Made by a program: the position numbers and the translations under genes
The notes under the pieces: generated by a model
Databases searched by the model: none
The model's input: only the letters and a program-made list of their open reading frames with translations
What the model was told of the DNA's origin: nothing
Source: Octopus sinensis
Taxonomy: Eukaryota
NCBI RefSeq assembly: GCF_006345805.1
Contig: NW_021832251.1
Span: 1 to 49,322, forward strand
Length of the DNA stretch: 49,322 nucleotides
Direction of reading: 5' to 3'
Shown here: positions 47,894 to 49,322 of the stretch, piece after piece
Numbering within the stretch: position 1 is the stretch's first letter
Layout of the letters: every line of letters begins with the position of its first letter

Positions 47894-48472
47894 CGCGGAG
47901 TTCTGTTTTTGATTCGACGGTCATTCGGAATGCTCACAGCAGCCATATTCCTACCACTCTATGTCACGCTGGTGAGACCCATATTGGAGTACGAAATTCA
48001 AGCCTCTTCTCCTTATCTCTTCAAAGACATACAGCATCTCGAAAGAGTCCAGAAGCTGGCTACCCGCATGGTTCTTGGTCTCAAGCATTTGTCTTATGAA
48101 GAAAGGCTGATGACGCTCGACCTTTATTCTCTAGAAAAACGACGACGCCATGGTGATCTCATTCTCGCTCACAACATCATAAGCGGAAAGTGTAACCTCT
48201 CGAAAGAGCTGTTCTTCACTCCTGCTCCAGAGCGTCGGCTGCAGGGTCACTCCGAAAAGCTCTATCTGCGACGATTTCATCTCAATCGAAGGAGAGGGGG
48301 CTTTCTCTGTCCGGGTTAAGAGTCCGTGGAATAAGCTGCCGGATGAGATAGTGAAGATGCGGACGACCGCTCGGTTCAAAGTCTCTCTTGACCACAAATG
48401 GCCTGAACTCTTTACATGAACACCACCCTGTACATGGCCTTGCTTTTTGCTTTTTGAGCCAAAAGATTAACT
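47894..48472 (+). mobile_element. CR1/L2-group LINE 3' fragment (C-terminus of ORF2 plus 3' UTR), frameshifted
   Basis: LVRPILEY..SPYLFKDIQHLERVQKLATRMV..LSYEERL..LYSLEKRRRHGDLI..GHSEKL; the shifted frame gives FSVRVKSPWNKLP..FKVSLD, stop at 48419. Empty site at 44398-44401. Confidence 0.9.
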
Positions 48473-49322
48473 AAGTCACCACTACACACACGCGCGCACA
48501 CGGTGTGATTTTTGACGTGGTGTATTTACATGTGTGTGTGTGTGTATGTGTGTGTGTGTAGTGTGTGTCTGTGACCAAACAGTGTGCATGTGTATGGTGT
48601 ATATATGTGTATGGTGTATTATCTTTGTCTATATATGTTGCGTGTGTATGTATATATAGCCTGTGTTCAGGTATTGTGCTTGTGTGGGTGTGGGAGTGTG
48701 CATGATGGTGTGTGGTGTGGATGTTGGGAAGTGGTTAGAGCTAATGTGTGTGTGGAGTGGTGTGAGGCGGGGTGGTGGGGTGGAGTGGTGTGTGGTAGGG
48801 TGGTATCAATGAAGAGAGAAGGTAGGTGTCAGATGAAGAATGTATGTATGCACGTATATATATATATATATATATATATATCTACCCCTTTTGATGTTTG
48901 GGAATTCTCTGATGTTTTTTCGGCTGACGAGTACGAGCCATCTGTATTTACTGCATTTTTTGTAGCTTATTAAAGATGTCCTCGTACGAAACAATTGTAC
49001 CGAGATTTTAATCCATTCTTGTTGCTTTTTTCCTATATATATAATATATATATATATATACGCGTGCACCCCACTACACACACATGACTGACTTCCACAA
49101 AGATTCTCTCAATCAAATTCACTCCCTTGGCTTTGGTCGGTCCGGAGCTATAGAAGCAGACACTAGCATGGGATACCGTGCAATAGGATTGAAGGAAATC
49201 ACACGGTTGCAAGGCGAACTTCTTAACTACACAGCCATACATTTGAAATTATTTTGAGAACAATTCCCTTTTCATTTCAGTTTTTCGTTCTTCTCGTTCT
49301 CCAGTCTTCATCTTATTCTTAA

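Overview
Eukaryotic, AT-rich, microsatellite-saturated genomic DNA. The SINE families look like octopus (coleoid cephalopod) tRNA-derived SINEs; this is recalled knowledge, not a database result. No intact protein-coding gene, rRNA, genuine tRNA gene or CRISPR array is supportable, and nearly all long ORFs in the track are translations of simple repeats. Recognisable mobile DNA: many SINE copies of at least four families, a hAT MITE with a perfect 8-bp TSD (2108-2301), a 5'-truncated R4/Dong-type RLE retrotransposon in an (AAT)n tract (41248-42258), a CR1/L2-group LINE 3' fragment (47894-48472) and Penelope-like ends with a hammerhead-like fold. The main unexplained structure is a locally amplified family of 1.1-2.4 kb units (9.1-26.9 kb, plus two inverted units at 31.3-32.1 and 35.5-37.8 kb). 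Each carries a ~136-bp non-repetitive core: 13 copies, of which an ~80-bp centre is almost invariant while the flanks drift. The core holds a GGTCAnnnTGACC palindrome (12/13 copies), an overlapping CCAAT box, extra TGACC half-sites and a CACGCCC SP/KLF-type box. It also holds an ATG-initiated frame (MVSLTNEWTLLFDHRSDTRSILKPRYQ) with mostly synonymous variation, and its opposite strand can form a G-U-rich stem between ANANNA and ACA motifs. Regulatory module, micro-exon/micropeptide and structured RNA are competing hypotheses that the sequence alone cannot separate. Interspersed-repeat boundaries are approximate (read by eye).
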